From contig NC_042999.1 in the NCBI RefSeq assembly GCF_006345805.1, forward strand, positions 148,180,001 to 148,244,000: 64,000 nucleotides of DNA, in the 5' to 3' direction. The first letter of the stretch is position 1; every line of letters begins with the position of its first letter. This document shows positions 1 to 11,470 of the stretch, piece after piece. Made by a program: the position numbers and the translations under genes. This DNA comes from Octopus sinensis. Its lineage: Eukaryota. The notes under the pieces were generated by a model. The model was given only the letters and a program-made list of their open reading frames with translations. It was not told the DNA's origin and did not search any database.

Positions 1-433
1 CGCGCTAGCTAGTCGTAAGTAGTCGATCCTACAACGACTTGCGCGTATGAAAATGAGGTGATTGGTGCATGCGCGATACATACTTGTGTAAATAAATCAT
101 TTCTGAGAACAATGTATATGATTTTTTTTACACAAATAATTACAGTAAATAATTTTTTTAACTAAAAAAATTTATTATTTTTTAAAACAATGTATATGAT
201 TTTTTTTACACAAATTAAATATTTTTTGAACAAAGTAAATAATTTTTTAAACTTAGTTAATTAATTTTTTTTTATAAACAAACTAAGATTTTTTTTTGAA
301 AAATGTATATAATTTTTTTACACAAATTAAACAAAGTAAATAAAAAGCAAATAGCAAATAAAAAAATTGAATATCTCACAGTTTTTGCAATTCGTTCGAA
401 ATGCCACCAAATAATAAAATAAAATGTTGAAGT

Positions 434-625
434 TCATTTGACTTCCTCGAATGTGAACCATTCTGAAAGGTGCTTCAGTATGTTTTCAAAACATTCCTGT
501 CCAGTTTTTCCATATTGTTCCCTCCACAGAAATTCATCTAGGTACGACTCCATCATGTTAGTGTGTACCCCCATCATTGTCTTAAATCGTCTTTTCGCAT
601 TCTTCCAGAAACATTCCACATGCTG
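434..625 (-). mobile_element. Merlin (ISXO2/IS1595-like DDE) transposase C-terminal fragment, truncated by a Penelope-like insertion
   Basis: Translation QHVECFWKNAKRRFKTMMGVHTNMMESYLDEFLWR matches the typical 'E..W...K......G......L..YLDEF.WR' C-terminus of Merlin/ISXO2 transposases. Confidence 0.75.
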
Positions 626-628
626 ATG

Positions 629-682
629 AAATTTTACATGTTTCGGTTCTTCTTGAAAAAGCGAACCTTATCAAAAATATTT
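629..682 (-). ncRNA. Degenerate minimal hammerhead ribozyme at the PLE 3' end
   Basis: Minus strand reads atatt-TTGATAA-ggttc..gaacc-GAAAC-at-GTA-aaatt; the core is mutated from CUGAUGA, while stem II and GAAAC/GUA are intact. Confidence 0.55.
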
Positions 683-1590
683 TAAAAAGTTAAATGTAAT
701 AAAAAAGTTCATAATTGTTTCTTACTAGTCTCAACAGAGTCCACGTGGTGGTGTTTTGTGGGGGGGGGGAGCATAATGGCTGTCTTGTGTGTTGACCAGG
801 TTTGTTGGCTGTAATTGGGGAAATAACAATAGTAGCAGTGACTGTTGGTCGTAGTAGTAGTGACCGTGGTGGTGGTGGTTGGGGTTGCAGCAGTTCATTG
901 GCTGTAGTAGTAGCAGCAGTGGAAGACTGTTGGTTGTAGTAGTAATAGTAGCGACCAGGGTGGTAGTAGTAGTAGTAGTAGTAGTAGTGATCGTGTTGGT
1001 AGTGGTAGAATTCCATTTTTCTTTTCGGAAAACCAATATATGGTTTTAATGTTCCTGGCCCAGGGTGTTTAGACTTGGTCCGAATTTTCTAATAAAACAG
1101 AGTTCTTTGTTATGACGTTGAGTGAAAGTTACGTTGTTACTGAATTGGTAAAGTGGGAAAGTTGTGAATTTGGGATTTTTATTTGAAGCACATCTGTCTA
1201 TGTGGCCGCTGACAGGTATTTTCCTGTATTCAGGTTCCTAATTTGGGATTTATGTACTGCCATCCTTTTTCGTAAGCTTTTTTTTTTATGGCCAATATAT
1301 TGTCTATTACACCCTACGCATGTTAACACGTAAATTAAGTTTTCTGATGTAAAGGTGAAGTTTGTTCTGATGGTAAAATGATGTCCTTTTTCTAATGTGT
1401 ATTCAGAACCTTCTACTAAGATGACACAGATTCCGAAGTTGGGCTTTCCACAATTTTTAACTGTTGATTTTCTGGTTATTATTGGGTTTAGTTTAGCTTG
1501 GGTTAAAATCTTTTTTAAGGATTTTGGTTGCTGTCTACTTTTTATAATGGTGTACGTTTGGAGGATTCGGTTCATCTTTGGGTCTCCATA
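629..1590 (-). mobile_element. Penelope-like element 3' fragment (GIY-YIG endonuclease, tail and terminal HHR-like motif)
   Basis: ORF 1198-1590 has SRQQPKSLKKILT, CGKPN..IC, NLIYVLTCVGCNRQYIG and LRKRMAVHKSQIR; homologous to 61560-62160; cut off at the (TA)n/maT insertion. Confidence 0.8.
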
Positions 1591-1624
1591 TATATATATA
1601 TATATATATATGTGTATATATATA

Positions 1625-2903
1625 CAGGGTGGGGAAGCAAAATTTACGTTAAGTTGCTTTTTCTCAGCAGGCACTAAGTTAATTGTTTTGAAACCTAGCA
1701 TATATTGATGCCATAATCATACCTAACACTATTATCCTTACCTTTACAGAAACTTTTGCTTATATGAGTAATCTGGAAAGCAAACGTCAAAGAGTGTGTG
1801 ATTTGCTGAATGCATTCGTCACACCAAAGGAGATTTCAAGAATAGTTGGAGTGTCCATAAAGACTGTTTATAATGTAAAGAATAGAATGACTATGAGCAA
1901 CACTATTACAAGGAAGTCTGGAAGTGGAGGAATCAACAAAAAACATTCCAATGCTTTTATTAAAGCTCTCAAATCCCAAATCCTAAAGGATCCAACCAAA
2001 TCCTTGAGAAAAATGGCAATTGAACTTGAGGTAGACAACAAGACCATTAGAAATGCAGTAAAATATTCTTTGAGGTTAAAATCTTGCACAAGAACACCAA
2101 AAGACTTGTTGATAACAGCTATAAAGGAAAGGGATTGGAAAGGTGCAAGAAAATTATTACATGCTTCAAGAAAAAGTCCTCCATTGTAACGATCTTTTCA
2201 GATGAAAAGATCTTCACTGTCGATGCTGTTCTGAACCGCAGAAATGACAGATTTATCGCAAAATCAACAATTGAGGTTAAGGGGACATTCAAAACAAAAC
2301 ATCCTGCTCAAGTTATGACTTTTGGTGTTGTGGCTTCCAATGGAAAGAAAATGCCTATAAAATTCTACAAAGCTGATGAAAAGATCAATGTTAATACTTA
2401 CTACAAGACTCTGAGATACCAGGTATTGCCATGGCTTAAAGCAAACTACCCAGATGGTAATTATGTATGGACACATGATGGTGCTCCAGCCCACACAGCT
2501 AGAAAAATACAAGATTTCTGCAAATCCAACTTTAGCAATGTTTTGGAATCATGTTTATGGCCGCCTTCTAGCCCAGATCTAAACCCTCTGGATTATGATA
2601 TTCGGGGCGTTTTAGAACATGCTACCAATAGAATATCACACAGCAATGTCAACTCTCTTAAAGATACTATTAAAAAAGAATGTGAGAAGTTATCTCCCGA
2701 ATATTTGAGAAACACATGTGCAAGTTTCAGGAAGCGTGTTAAGGCAGTTATTGAAAAAGGAGGAGGACACATAGAATAAAAACATTTTCTATTATGTAAA
2801 TTTTCTTGTGGCTAATAAATTCTCATGACTTTCAATAAACAAAATGGTCATACGCTGTATTTCAATACCTGCCTCAAAATATTGTAAATTTTGCTTCCCC
2901 ACC

Positions 2904-2906
<3 letters not shown>
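1625..2906 (+). mobile_element. Tc1/mariner superfamily, DD37D (maT-type) transposon; transposase 1764-2779 with one frameshift near 2130
   Basis: 23-bp TIRs CAGGGTGGGGAAGCAAAATTTAC, TA flanks within (TA)n; motifs FSDEK, HDGAPAH, WPPSSPDLNPLDY with 37 residues between the second and third D. Confidence 0.93.
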
Positions 2907-2957
<51 letters not shown>

Positions 2958-2975
2958 ATGTATATGTATATTTTG

Positions 2976-3012
<37 letters not shown>

Positions 3013-3015
<3 letters not shown>

Positions 3016-3167
3016 CGCAGGAGTGGCTGTGTGGTAAGTAGCTTGCTTACCAACCACATGGCATCTTGGGCAAGTGTCTTCTGCTATAGCCTCGGGCCGA
3101 CCAATGCCTTGTGAGTGGATTTGGTAGACGGAAACTGAAAGAAGCCTGTCGTATATATGTATATATG

Positions 3168-3225
<58 letters not shown>

Positions 3226-3458
3226 GTGTGTATATGTTTGTGTGTCTGTGTTTGTCCCCCCACCATCGCTTGACAACCGATGCTGGTGTGTTTACGTCCC
3301 CGTCACTTAGCGGTTCGGCAAAAAGAGACCGATACAATAAGTACTGGGCTTACAAAGAATAAGTCCCGGAGTCGATTTGCTCGACTAAAGGTAGTGCTCC
3401 AGCATGGCCGCAGTCAAATGACTGAAACAAGTAAAAGAGTAAAAGATAGTAAAAGAGT
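3013..3458 (+). mobile_element. tRNA-derived composite SINE with internal (TA)n/(TG)n microsatellite and GTAAAAGA tail
   Basis: Head GGCGCAGGAGTGGCTGTGTGGTAAG (A-box-like); homologous copies at 38204-38598, 47990-48390 and 27463-27690 (-). Confidence 0.85.
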
Positions 3459-3698
3459 ATATATATATACACGTGCTAGTATGTGTGTGTGTGGTTTTAG
3501 GGGTGTGGTATGTATGAAGGTTTTTCAGTGTTTGCATAAGTGCGTGCATAATATGTGCATTGATATGTACGTGAATACATGTATTATATCAATGGCATGT
3601 AGACACATGGTATTTCGTTATTCAACCATAATATACAGTAAAATATATGAAATGTTTAGTAAGTCAGCTCTGCTAACGTAGTGCGTTTTATATCAACA

Positions 3699-4106
3699 CT
3701 AGCAGCATAGCCCGGCGTTGCCCGGGTATGTAAGAGCCCCTAGTAGGCAACGACTAATCCCAATCTAGTTCTTTCCCTCTAGGGAACGAAGGCGCATGTG
3801 TAGGTTGCAATGTTTTCTCTTCACTCGAATACTTCTATGTATACGATGTTCCTAGCTGTCTCCCGACAGAAAATGTGTTGCATATAAAAAGCTTAGCTTC
3901 TCGACCCCATGTCGAATTTATCAATTCTTTTCAGAAATGGGGGAACTTTTCAAAATTTTCGCTCTGTTAGTTTTGAATTATGACATTGGGCTATGTGTGT
4001 GTCAAGTTTCATCAGAATCGGTTGAAAGCCGTGGTCAGGGTGAGGGTACAACCTGACAAACACACAGACACACAGACAGACAAACTGCCGTTTATATAGA
4101 GAGAGA
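3699..4106 (-). mobile_element. Non-autonomous Helitron
   Basis: Minus strand starts TC(TCTCTATATAAA), ends with hairpin CCCGGGCAACGCCGGG then CTAG, and sits between A and T; termini shared with 20675-21206. Confidence 0.8.
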
Positions 4107-4150
4107 TTTCGTATCGAGACGTCAGATGTAAGCTAACAATGAGATCGAAC

Positions 4151-4443
4151 ACAGAAATAGGTAACGAGTGTATATACCGTATTTCAGGGGGTTTTGCCCC
4201 TTCATCGGCACCAATCTAATCCACTCTCGCCTCCGATCACATCGCTGATATAACCATCACATACAGCGGTGTTAAGTTATTGGGTATACTAATTTACATA
4301 TTAGACGCATTTCTGGGGCTGGTATGTAAAGATTAATGACGCGTGGTATTTTTTGTTATGCAACCATGATATACTATAAAGCATGCTGATGAAGGTGCAA
4401 AAAGAACCGAAATATGATATTTATACTCATTACTCATTTTTGT
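4151..4443. mobile_element. Small element with inverted ~60-bp arms, each carrying an HHR-like motif (PLE inverted-terminal-repeat relic)
   Basis: Left arm (-): CCGATGA aggggcaaaaccccct GAAA tacggtatatacactcgttacc; right arm (+): CTGATGA aggtgcaaaaagaacc GAAA tatgatatttatactcattact. Confidence 0.55.
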
Positions 4444-4719
4444 CACTGACTGTAGGCCACAAGAAGGTAAGTGAAATACTAAACGTGCAATGCAAAGTTG
4501 TCCTTAATATGCAATACAAAGTTTTCCCTTGGGACACTTGCTGAGAGCTACGCCAATGTGTTCTTCGGCACCAAGGCTCTACACAAATGGAGGGTAATTA
4601 TCGATTACATCGAAATAGAAGAAATTGATGTAGTATCAACTTTGATGATTTCCTGCGATTAACGCCTTCTATCCTCCTCTCACTCAAACCGCCACCATTT
4701 ATAAACGTTCGGTCAAACC

Positions 4720-6225
4720 TATTCTTGCAGGGAGTGTCGTGGCTGTCGCCATAGCGTCTTCCTTTCTGAGATTTCGACTTCCGTAGAAAATGAAATATAT
4801 TTTATTATTATTTCTTTTTTCCCTTCCAACACCTCTCGCTTTTTGAAATTTTGCTTCCCTAGGAATTCAGTACCTTTTCTACACAGGAGTTATTTCTAAA
4901 TGTTCAGTCTGTTTGCGTTTTCTATTACTGGTCCTTCTAAGCTTAATCTCTTCTGGTGCTGGCACATGTAAAACAACAGTTCCATAGGAGTATTTTTCCC
5001 TTCTTCTGTATATCTGGCTTTTAATTGATTTAGGTGCCGTTTATGCTCCCATCGTCTGCCTTTATTAAATACATCATGTAATCAATTCTTTTAGTCACTA
5101 CATCATACTGCCAACTCTCTTTACTGTTCTTTTATACTTTGAAAGGAACATTGTCTCCAATATCAAACTGTTTAGTTGATTTTGTCTATATGCTTTATCC
5201 TTTGGCAACAATTTGTCGAAGATGGATTTAATATTTCGGACAAGTATTAATTTTGCAGGCGACTTACCTGAACTGGTATTCGGATTGGGCGTTATTCTGC
5301 TCATCCTTAAGAATTTAGTTACCACTTCGTCATTTCATAACTCGTTCCTTCCTTTTTTCAGCGCTCGCTTGCAAGTATCTACGAATCATGTTGCTTGCCC
5401 ATTTGAACTCGGTTGGCAGGGCTGAGTAAACATGTGCTTGATTGCATACATTTTGCAGAATTTCTTGAATTCGTATCCTGTAAATCGTGTTCCACTGTAT
5501 CAAGCTAAACGTTCTTGCAGGAACTTTATCGTTGCCTTCGAGGTAGGTTCACTGCACCTCCACACTTCCGGCTACTTGGCAAATCTATCAACAATGATCA
5601 AGTCGCACGCACCATTCACTGGTCCACCGTAGCTTATATGTATCCAGGACCACGGACTATGCGTCTCAGGCCACGATTGGTATTTCTTTGCTGGTGCTTT
5701 GGCTGCTAGCGCACAACTTCTACATGATTTTACCAAATTTACAATGTCTCGGTTCATCATCGACCAAAACACGTAACTCCTCATCAAACCTTTTTGACAT
5801 CAACAGGTTATGGATGCAATGTTGGTGGATTGTTAGTTTACAATTCCATACCTCCATTATGTATTAATTAAAAGTGATTCCAGTAATCAGCATATCGAAC
5901 ATGTAAAATGTGTTTTTTAAAAAGATAAGAGATTACGGTTTCACACTCAGTGAAGCGCAATGTGAAACCGTAATCTCTTATTTTAAAAAAAAAACACATT
6001 TTACATGTTCGATATGCTAATTACGGGAATCACTTTTAATTAATACATCATGGAGGTATGGAATTGTAAACTAACAATCCACCAACATTGCATCCATAAC
6101 CTGTTGAGATATTGCAAGTGAGACCTTCAGACCAAATGGCAACGTATTATATTTGTTTAGTCCTCTGCGCGTATTCACTGTTATCAGCTTCGAACATTCC
6201 TTGTCTACTTTATCTTGTCGATAAG
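4720..6225 (-). mobile_element. Decayed Gypsy-type LTR retrotransposon pol fragments (RT and integrase)
   Basis: MRSYVFWSMMNRDIVNLVKSCRSC (integrase Zn region), WSWIHISYGGP, TPNPNTSSGKSPAKLI, and RT piece ITVNTRRGLNKYNTLPFGLKVS..ISQQVMD; many stops and frameshifts. Confidence 0.8.
5800..6107. repeat. Long fold-back inverted repeat (arms 5800-5945 and 5961-6107, 15-nt spacer)
   Basis: TCAACAGGTTATGGATGCAATG...GATTACGGTTTCACA mirrored by TGTGAAACCGTAATC...CATTGCATCCATAACCTGTTGA with few mismatches. Confidence 0.95.
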
Positions 6226-6243
6226 ATGCACCACATGTGCTGC

Positions 6244-6596
6244 TATACAGTTGATATTGCATCTCCCTTTGACCCACGAATATTCAAGAAGGAAGGCGAA
6301 GAAATAGATAAATGCAACCCTCTTAAGTACGAAATAGCCCGGCTACGGAAAGAGAAGGTGAAGATAGTGCCAAATATTGTTGGGTCCTTAGGGAAAGTAT
6401 TAGAAGGCATCAAGAGGAATGTAAAAAAAATTGGAATAGAGTGCCCAGTAGAACTTTTGCAATAGGTTTGCCTCCTTGGCACGGCCAGAATAATCGGGGA
6501 AGTGTCAAATAACTGAAAAGACTGGATAGCATGGTGCAGTAGGCAAGACTCCGGGAGTTCCAACAAAACCTGTGATAAAAAGAAATAATAATAATG
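6244..6596 (+). mobile_element. 3' fragment of an RLE-type (R4/Dong-like) LINE
   Basis: VDIASPFD..I.KKE.E.IDK...LKYEIARL...VKIVP.IVGSLG...ELLQ.VCLLGTARII, followed by an (AAT)n tail. Confidence 0.75.
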
Positions 6597-6803
6597 AGAA
6601 GAAAAAGGAGGAGGAGGAGGAGGAGGAGAAGAAGAAGAAGAAGAAGAAGAAGAAGAAGAAGAAGAAGAAGAAGAAGAAGAAGAAGAAGAAGAAGAGAGAA
6701 GAAGAAGAAGAAGAAGAAGAAGAAGAAGAAGAAGAAGAAGAAGAAGAAGAAGAAGAAGAAGAAGAAGAAGAAGAAGAAGAAGAAGAAGAAGAAGAAGAAG
6801 AAG
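6597..6803 (+). repeat. (GAG)n/(GAA)n microsatellite
   Basis: Near-pure trinucleotide run. Confidence 0.98.
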
Positions 6804-6859
6804 GCAAAATTCGACGATGTGAACGTCAGTATATATATATAATTATTTTTTCTATCAGT

Positions 6860-9800
6860 AATTAAAAATAGGACAAGGTGAAGTAGTTCCTTTCAAGGCC
6901 AAGGTTAGCGCTCTCACTGATCGCTAGTAGTAGTAAACACATTTCACCTCAACTGACCCTAAGGGTATGGGGCTTCTTTTGTCTCCTGATCGCACAGGAA
7001 TGCGAAAGCCTATTGGTGATCTCTTTCTCACTATCTACCGAACCTATTTACAGACCTGTGGAATTTTGCCTATTCACCAAGCTGCTTCTCTCTCTCCTAA
7101 TATTCTCTTCAACCCTCAAATATTTATGATTATCTCAAGTACAAGATAAAAGTCGAAACTAAACAACATTTAATAATACCACACAGTAGTAGTAACAAAG
7201 ATAGCAGAATTAAATAAATAACGGTTCTACTGTCACCGTGGCTACAAAGGTTAGCCACAACAATACAGATCAAGACTACTGGTGGTAAATAACAATGAGC
7301 AATGCTGTAAAAGCAAGGTTAAAGTAACAGTAATGGCAGCTTCGACAGTTGTTGCAGATACAACAACCGTCTCTATATCTGCCACAACACAGGGTTCAAT
7401 ACTAATAATTTTAATGTAGTACAAATATATCTAATGAAACAAAAAGGGTAACTAAAACAGTACACCAAATCGCTTGTCCTATGGTTAATCTGAAAGTGCT
7501 TACCTCAGGAGAGAGCCAGCTTGGGGTCAAAACGTTACCCAAAGGCACGAACTCTTTTCTGATTACAAACCTAGATGGTCACTTGAACGGAAACTGCCCC
7601 AACTCGAGCCAACCAAGTCCACCACCACATTCACCACAGAAAGAAAAATGTAAGAAGATCAAATGGACCCCAGAAGAATATACAGAAGTAATATACGCGT
7701 ATTAGGGAGGCCATCGAAAGAGAAACACACCGCACACTCATATCAAATATGGAGAACACGAAATCAAGACAGCAGACTATATTTGGACGAAAATAAGTTA
7801 GCAAATGTTATCCCCAGAAATACAAGACTCACAGATAGTGAACTAACTGCGATCAAGCACGCAGCGGAAATGATTTAGATATAAGTCATAAAGGAAATGA
7901 AGAACCAGACAAAGAGAGCAACTCTCCATGAGTCTCAATTGAATGACTGCCATGTGACCAGAACTCACAAACGTATGGAGAAATAAATTGTATGAACCTG
8001 ATAAAGATAACGAAGAAAGTGGTAAAGAAACAATATTTGAAGATTACATATTTACTGAAGAGCATAGAGAGTCTATGATAGAATTGAAACAGAAAATCCT
8101 GACCAAGCTTGCAAAACAAGCGTGGACAGACATCACAATAGCAGACCTAATGAAAGCTCATAAGTGGAATTCCCTTGGTAATGATAGGGTGCCAAATTTC
8201 TGGCCTGCTTCACTCCCGTGCGCGCATGAATAGTTAGTCCAGTTATTCAATGAAATTAGGAGAGATCCTATGAAAACAAGCGGTATTACTTACTCCCGAA
8301 GAATAATGAAACCAAATCACCCCATATGTTTATCTACTACATATAAAATTTTAACGTGGATAAAACATACAAATTTATAGAAAAGAACGATATCTTCCCC
8401 ACTGAACAAAAGGGGTGCCGACGAGGCTCATATGGATGCAAAGATCAAATCTTGATTAATTGCATGATCCATGAGAACTGTCATAACAAACGTAGAAATC
8501 TCAGTTCTGCTTAGATTGATTATAAAAAGGCCTTCGACAGCATACTGTATCAATGGATCTTGAAATCGCTGGATATCGTCAAAATTTCTCCTGTGATTTC
8601 AAACTTCCTGAAGCACATGTCAATGTGGAATACGAATCTCCAACTATAACACTCTAATGGAGTACTGACCACAAAAATTATTAATATCAACAGCAGCATT
8701 TTCCAAGGTGACTCGCTTTTACTTTTAATTATCAGCATAGCCCTAATACCCCTTACAAGTGAACTTAACAAAACAGGGTATGGCTATAAAATTTGCAAGA
8801 AAATAAGTCATCTATGGCAAAGACGATAATGATCTTGAAGGACTACTACGTACTGTGAAAGCATTCAGTGATGATATTGGGATGGAATTTGGTTTTGACA
8901 AATGTACCAAGGCCACTTTCCAGAAAGGTAAACTGAAGACCTCACATTCAATGGTGTTGGATGTTGACACAGTCATAAAAGAGCAGGAACAAACTTACAA
9001 ATATCTCGGAATAAATGAGGGCTCTAGCATTCAGCATGAAAGAGAAGATCAGGAAGGAGTGTTACAGGAGAATTTGAGCAGTTCTAAAATATGAGTAAAA
9101 TGCACGTAACAAGGTGTTAGCCATAAATTCTTTAGCAGGAAGATAGAAAGAAAAAAATCCGTAAGCATCTTGCAATAAGATGCACCACCCAAAGGCAGAA
9201 GCAGATCGTCTTTACCTACCCAGAGCTCAAGGAGGTCAAGACTTAATCCAATTTGAAATCTCCCGCAAAACCATGACAATTGGCCTGGCAATATCTTGAA
9301 ACATCTAATGACTGGATGCTAAAGCTCGTTGGGGACCATGAAACACGTAATAAGCTACATTCTATTACGAAAAAGAGCAAAATATTTTCAAGTGAGCATA
9401 TGCATAATACCCAGGTTTGACTGCATGATGGAGTTGCAGCAACTGTAGTTGCAAAGAGGGTCAAATCAATAGCAAAGCAAAATGCATTTGAACAATTGAC
9501 TGATAAATGGGAACAAAATCCTCTGCATGATAAATATGTGGCCCTTAGCAAACAGCTGATGTAGACCAAAAGCACACTCATCGGTGGCTACAGAACACAG
9601 GGCTAAAGACAGAGAGTGAAAACTTTATCTTAGCTTCCCGAGGTTAGAGCTTATTGACCCGGAACTATCTAGTCAATCTGATAAAAAATTTTGTAGACCT
9701 AAAGTGCCGATACTGCAACGATGGAATAGAAACAGTGAATCACCTGATCTCTGTATGTAAGGTTTCAGCACTTGTAGAGTAAAAATCAAGACATGACAGA

Positions 9801-10346
9801 GTACACCAATATCTACACAGGATAATATGTCGGTATTATAAAATCAAACTGCTGACAAATGGTAGAAGCACACCCACCCTAAGATTATAACTGAGGGAGA
9901 AAATGTAACTATTCTTTGGGACTTCCCAGTATGTACGGAGCATACCATTAAAGCAAACAAACCAGATATCGTCGTGAAAGACCAACACAATAAATATTGA
10001 TTAACAGGAGCATACCCTGTGGCCATAATATCTCGGCAAAAGAATTTGATAAGCTCAGAAAATATAAAGATTTGCCCATCGAAATCGAATAGATGTGGCA
10101 TCTCAAGACGGTTACAATACCAGTGGTTGTAGGAGTACTTGGAATGCTCAAAAAAGGAACTGAAAATTATTTAAGAATGATCCCTGGCTTACCATTCATA
10201 GAGGAAATGCAAAAGATTGTCTTTACCGGTACGTCAGACGTATTGAAAAGAGTATTGTTGCTGTGATTTTTTTTTCCCTTTTACCCCTAGGAAGACACTC
10301 GGAAAAAATGGAAACAGAATTGAAAGAAGATAATAATGAAAATAAC

Positions 10347-10407
<61 letters not shown>

Positions 10408-10428
10408 TAATAATAATAATAATAATAA
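6860..10428 (+). mobile_element. Decayed R4/Dong-type LINE, same family as 10430-15950, with internal deletions and (TAA)n tail
   Basis: Colinear DNA similarity with 12100-15930 (e.g. CAAATCGCTTGTCCTATGGTTAATCTG, GAACAAAAGGGGTGCCG, TATAAAAAGGCCTTCGACAG, GGAAGACACTCGG); many stops; 5' boundary approximate. Confidence 0.88.
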
Positions 10429-10571
10429 CACGGCTGGACGTGTTCCTTACTGCTCTGACAGTTCGGTGGCCGAAAGCCATAGAAACACTAATATGGGCCA
10501 GTTTAGCAACGGGGAAAAATAACTCTCAAAGACTGGAACATCTACAATACCTCGTGAATATTTGAAATTCT

Positions 10572-11470
10572 CTTCAAAGTGGGTTAAGAAATTTACAAAT
10601 TTACATATCTGCAGCTTTCAAACATACATCCGATCGGCTTTAAAAACTCTAATACCCACAACTGCCTCTGTAAGCACCCTTTTTTTTTTCTTCTCTCTAA
10701 AAACATCACGCTTTTCTTTTTGTGGACTTACAAAACCCTAAAACTTTCTATGAAAATCTGACTTTTCTTTGCTTCCTCCCAGAATATTCAAATATAAATG
10801 TAAACATATACTTTTTATTGCAAAAACACACCTGTTCTTCTAACTGGACATACAAACATCTCTAGAGGGGTCAACTTCAACCTCCACAATATTACCTTGC
10901 ACGAAAAATACAAACACTTTTTATTGCAATAACACAAACGCACATGGAAAAAATAATGATGCTAAGATTCTCTCTGGTCGAACACAGCTTCTCTATTCAC
11001 AAATAATACAGAACAGCCCTTCAAAATAAGTTAAGAAAATTTACAAATTTACATATCTACAGTTTTCAATCATACATTCGACCAGCTTTAAAAACTTTGA
11101 TACCCACAATTGCCTCTGTAAACGTCCTTTTTTTTCTTCTCTCTAAAAACACCACGCTTTTCTTTTTGTGGACTTACAAAACCCTAAAACTTTCTATGAA
11201 AATCTGACTTTTCTTTGCTTCCTCCCAGAATATTCAAATATAAATGTAAACATATACTTTTTATTGCAAAAACACACCTGTTCTTCTAACTGGACATACA
11301 AACATCTCTAGAAAAGTCAACTTCAACCTCCACAATATTACCTTACACGAAATATACAAACACTTTTTATTGCAATAACACAAACGCACATGGAAAAAAA
11401 AATGATGATGCTAAGATTCTCTCTGGTCGAACACAACTTCTCTATTCACAAACAATACAGAACAGCCCTT
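10572..11470 (+). repeat. Tandem duplication of a ~447-bp unit in the putative 5' UTR of the LINE
   Basis: GTTAAGAAA(A)TTTACAAATTTACATATCT...AATACAGAACAGCCCTTC occurs starting at ~10583 and ~11030. Confidence 0.93.

Noticed and set aside
6966-7015. Possible type III hammerhead (CTGATCG...GAAAGCC)
   Set aside because: The core lacks the conserved GA and no stem I can form
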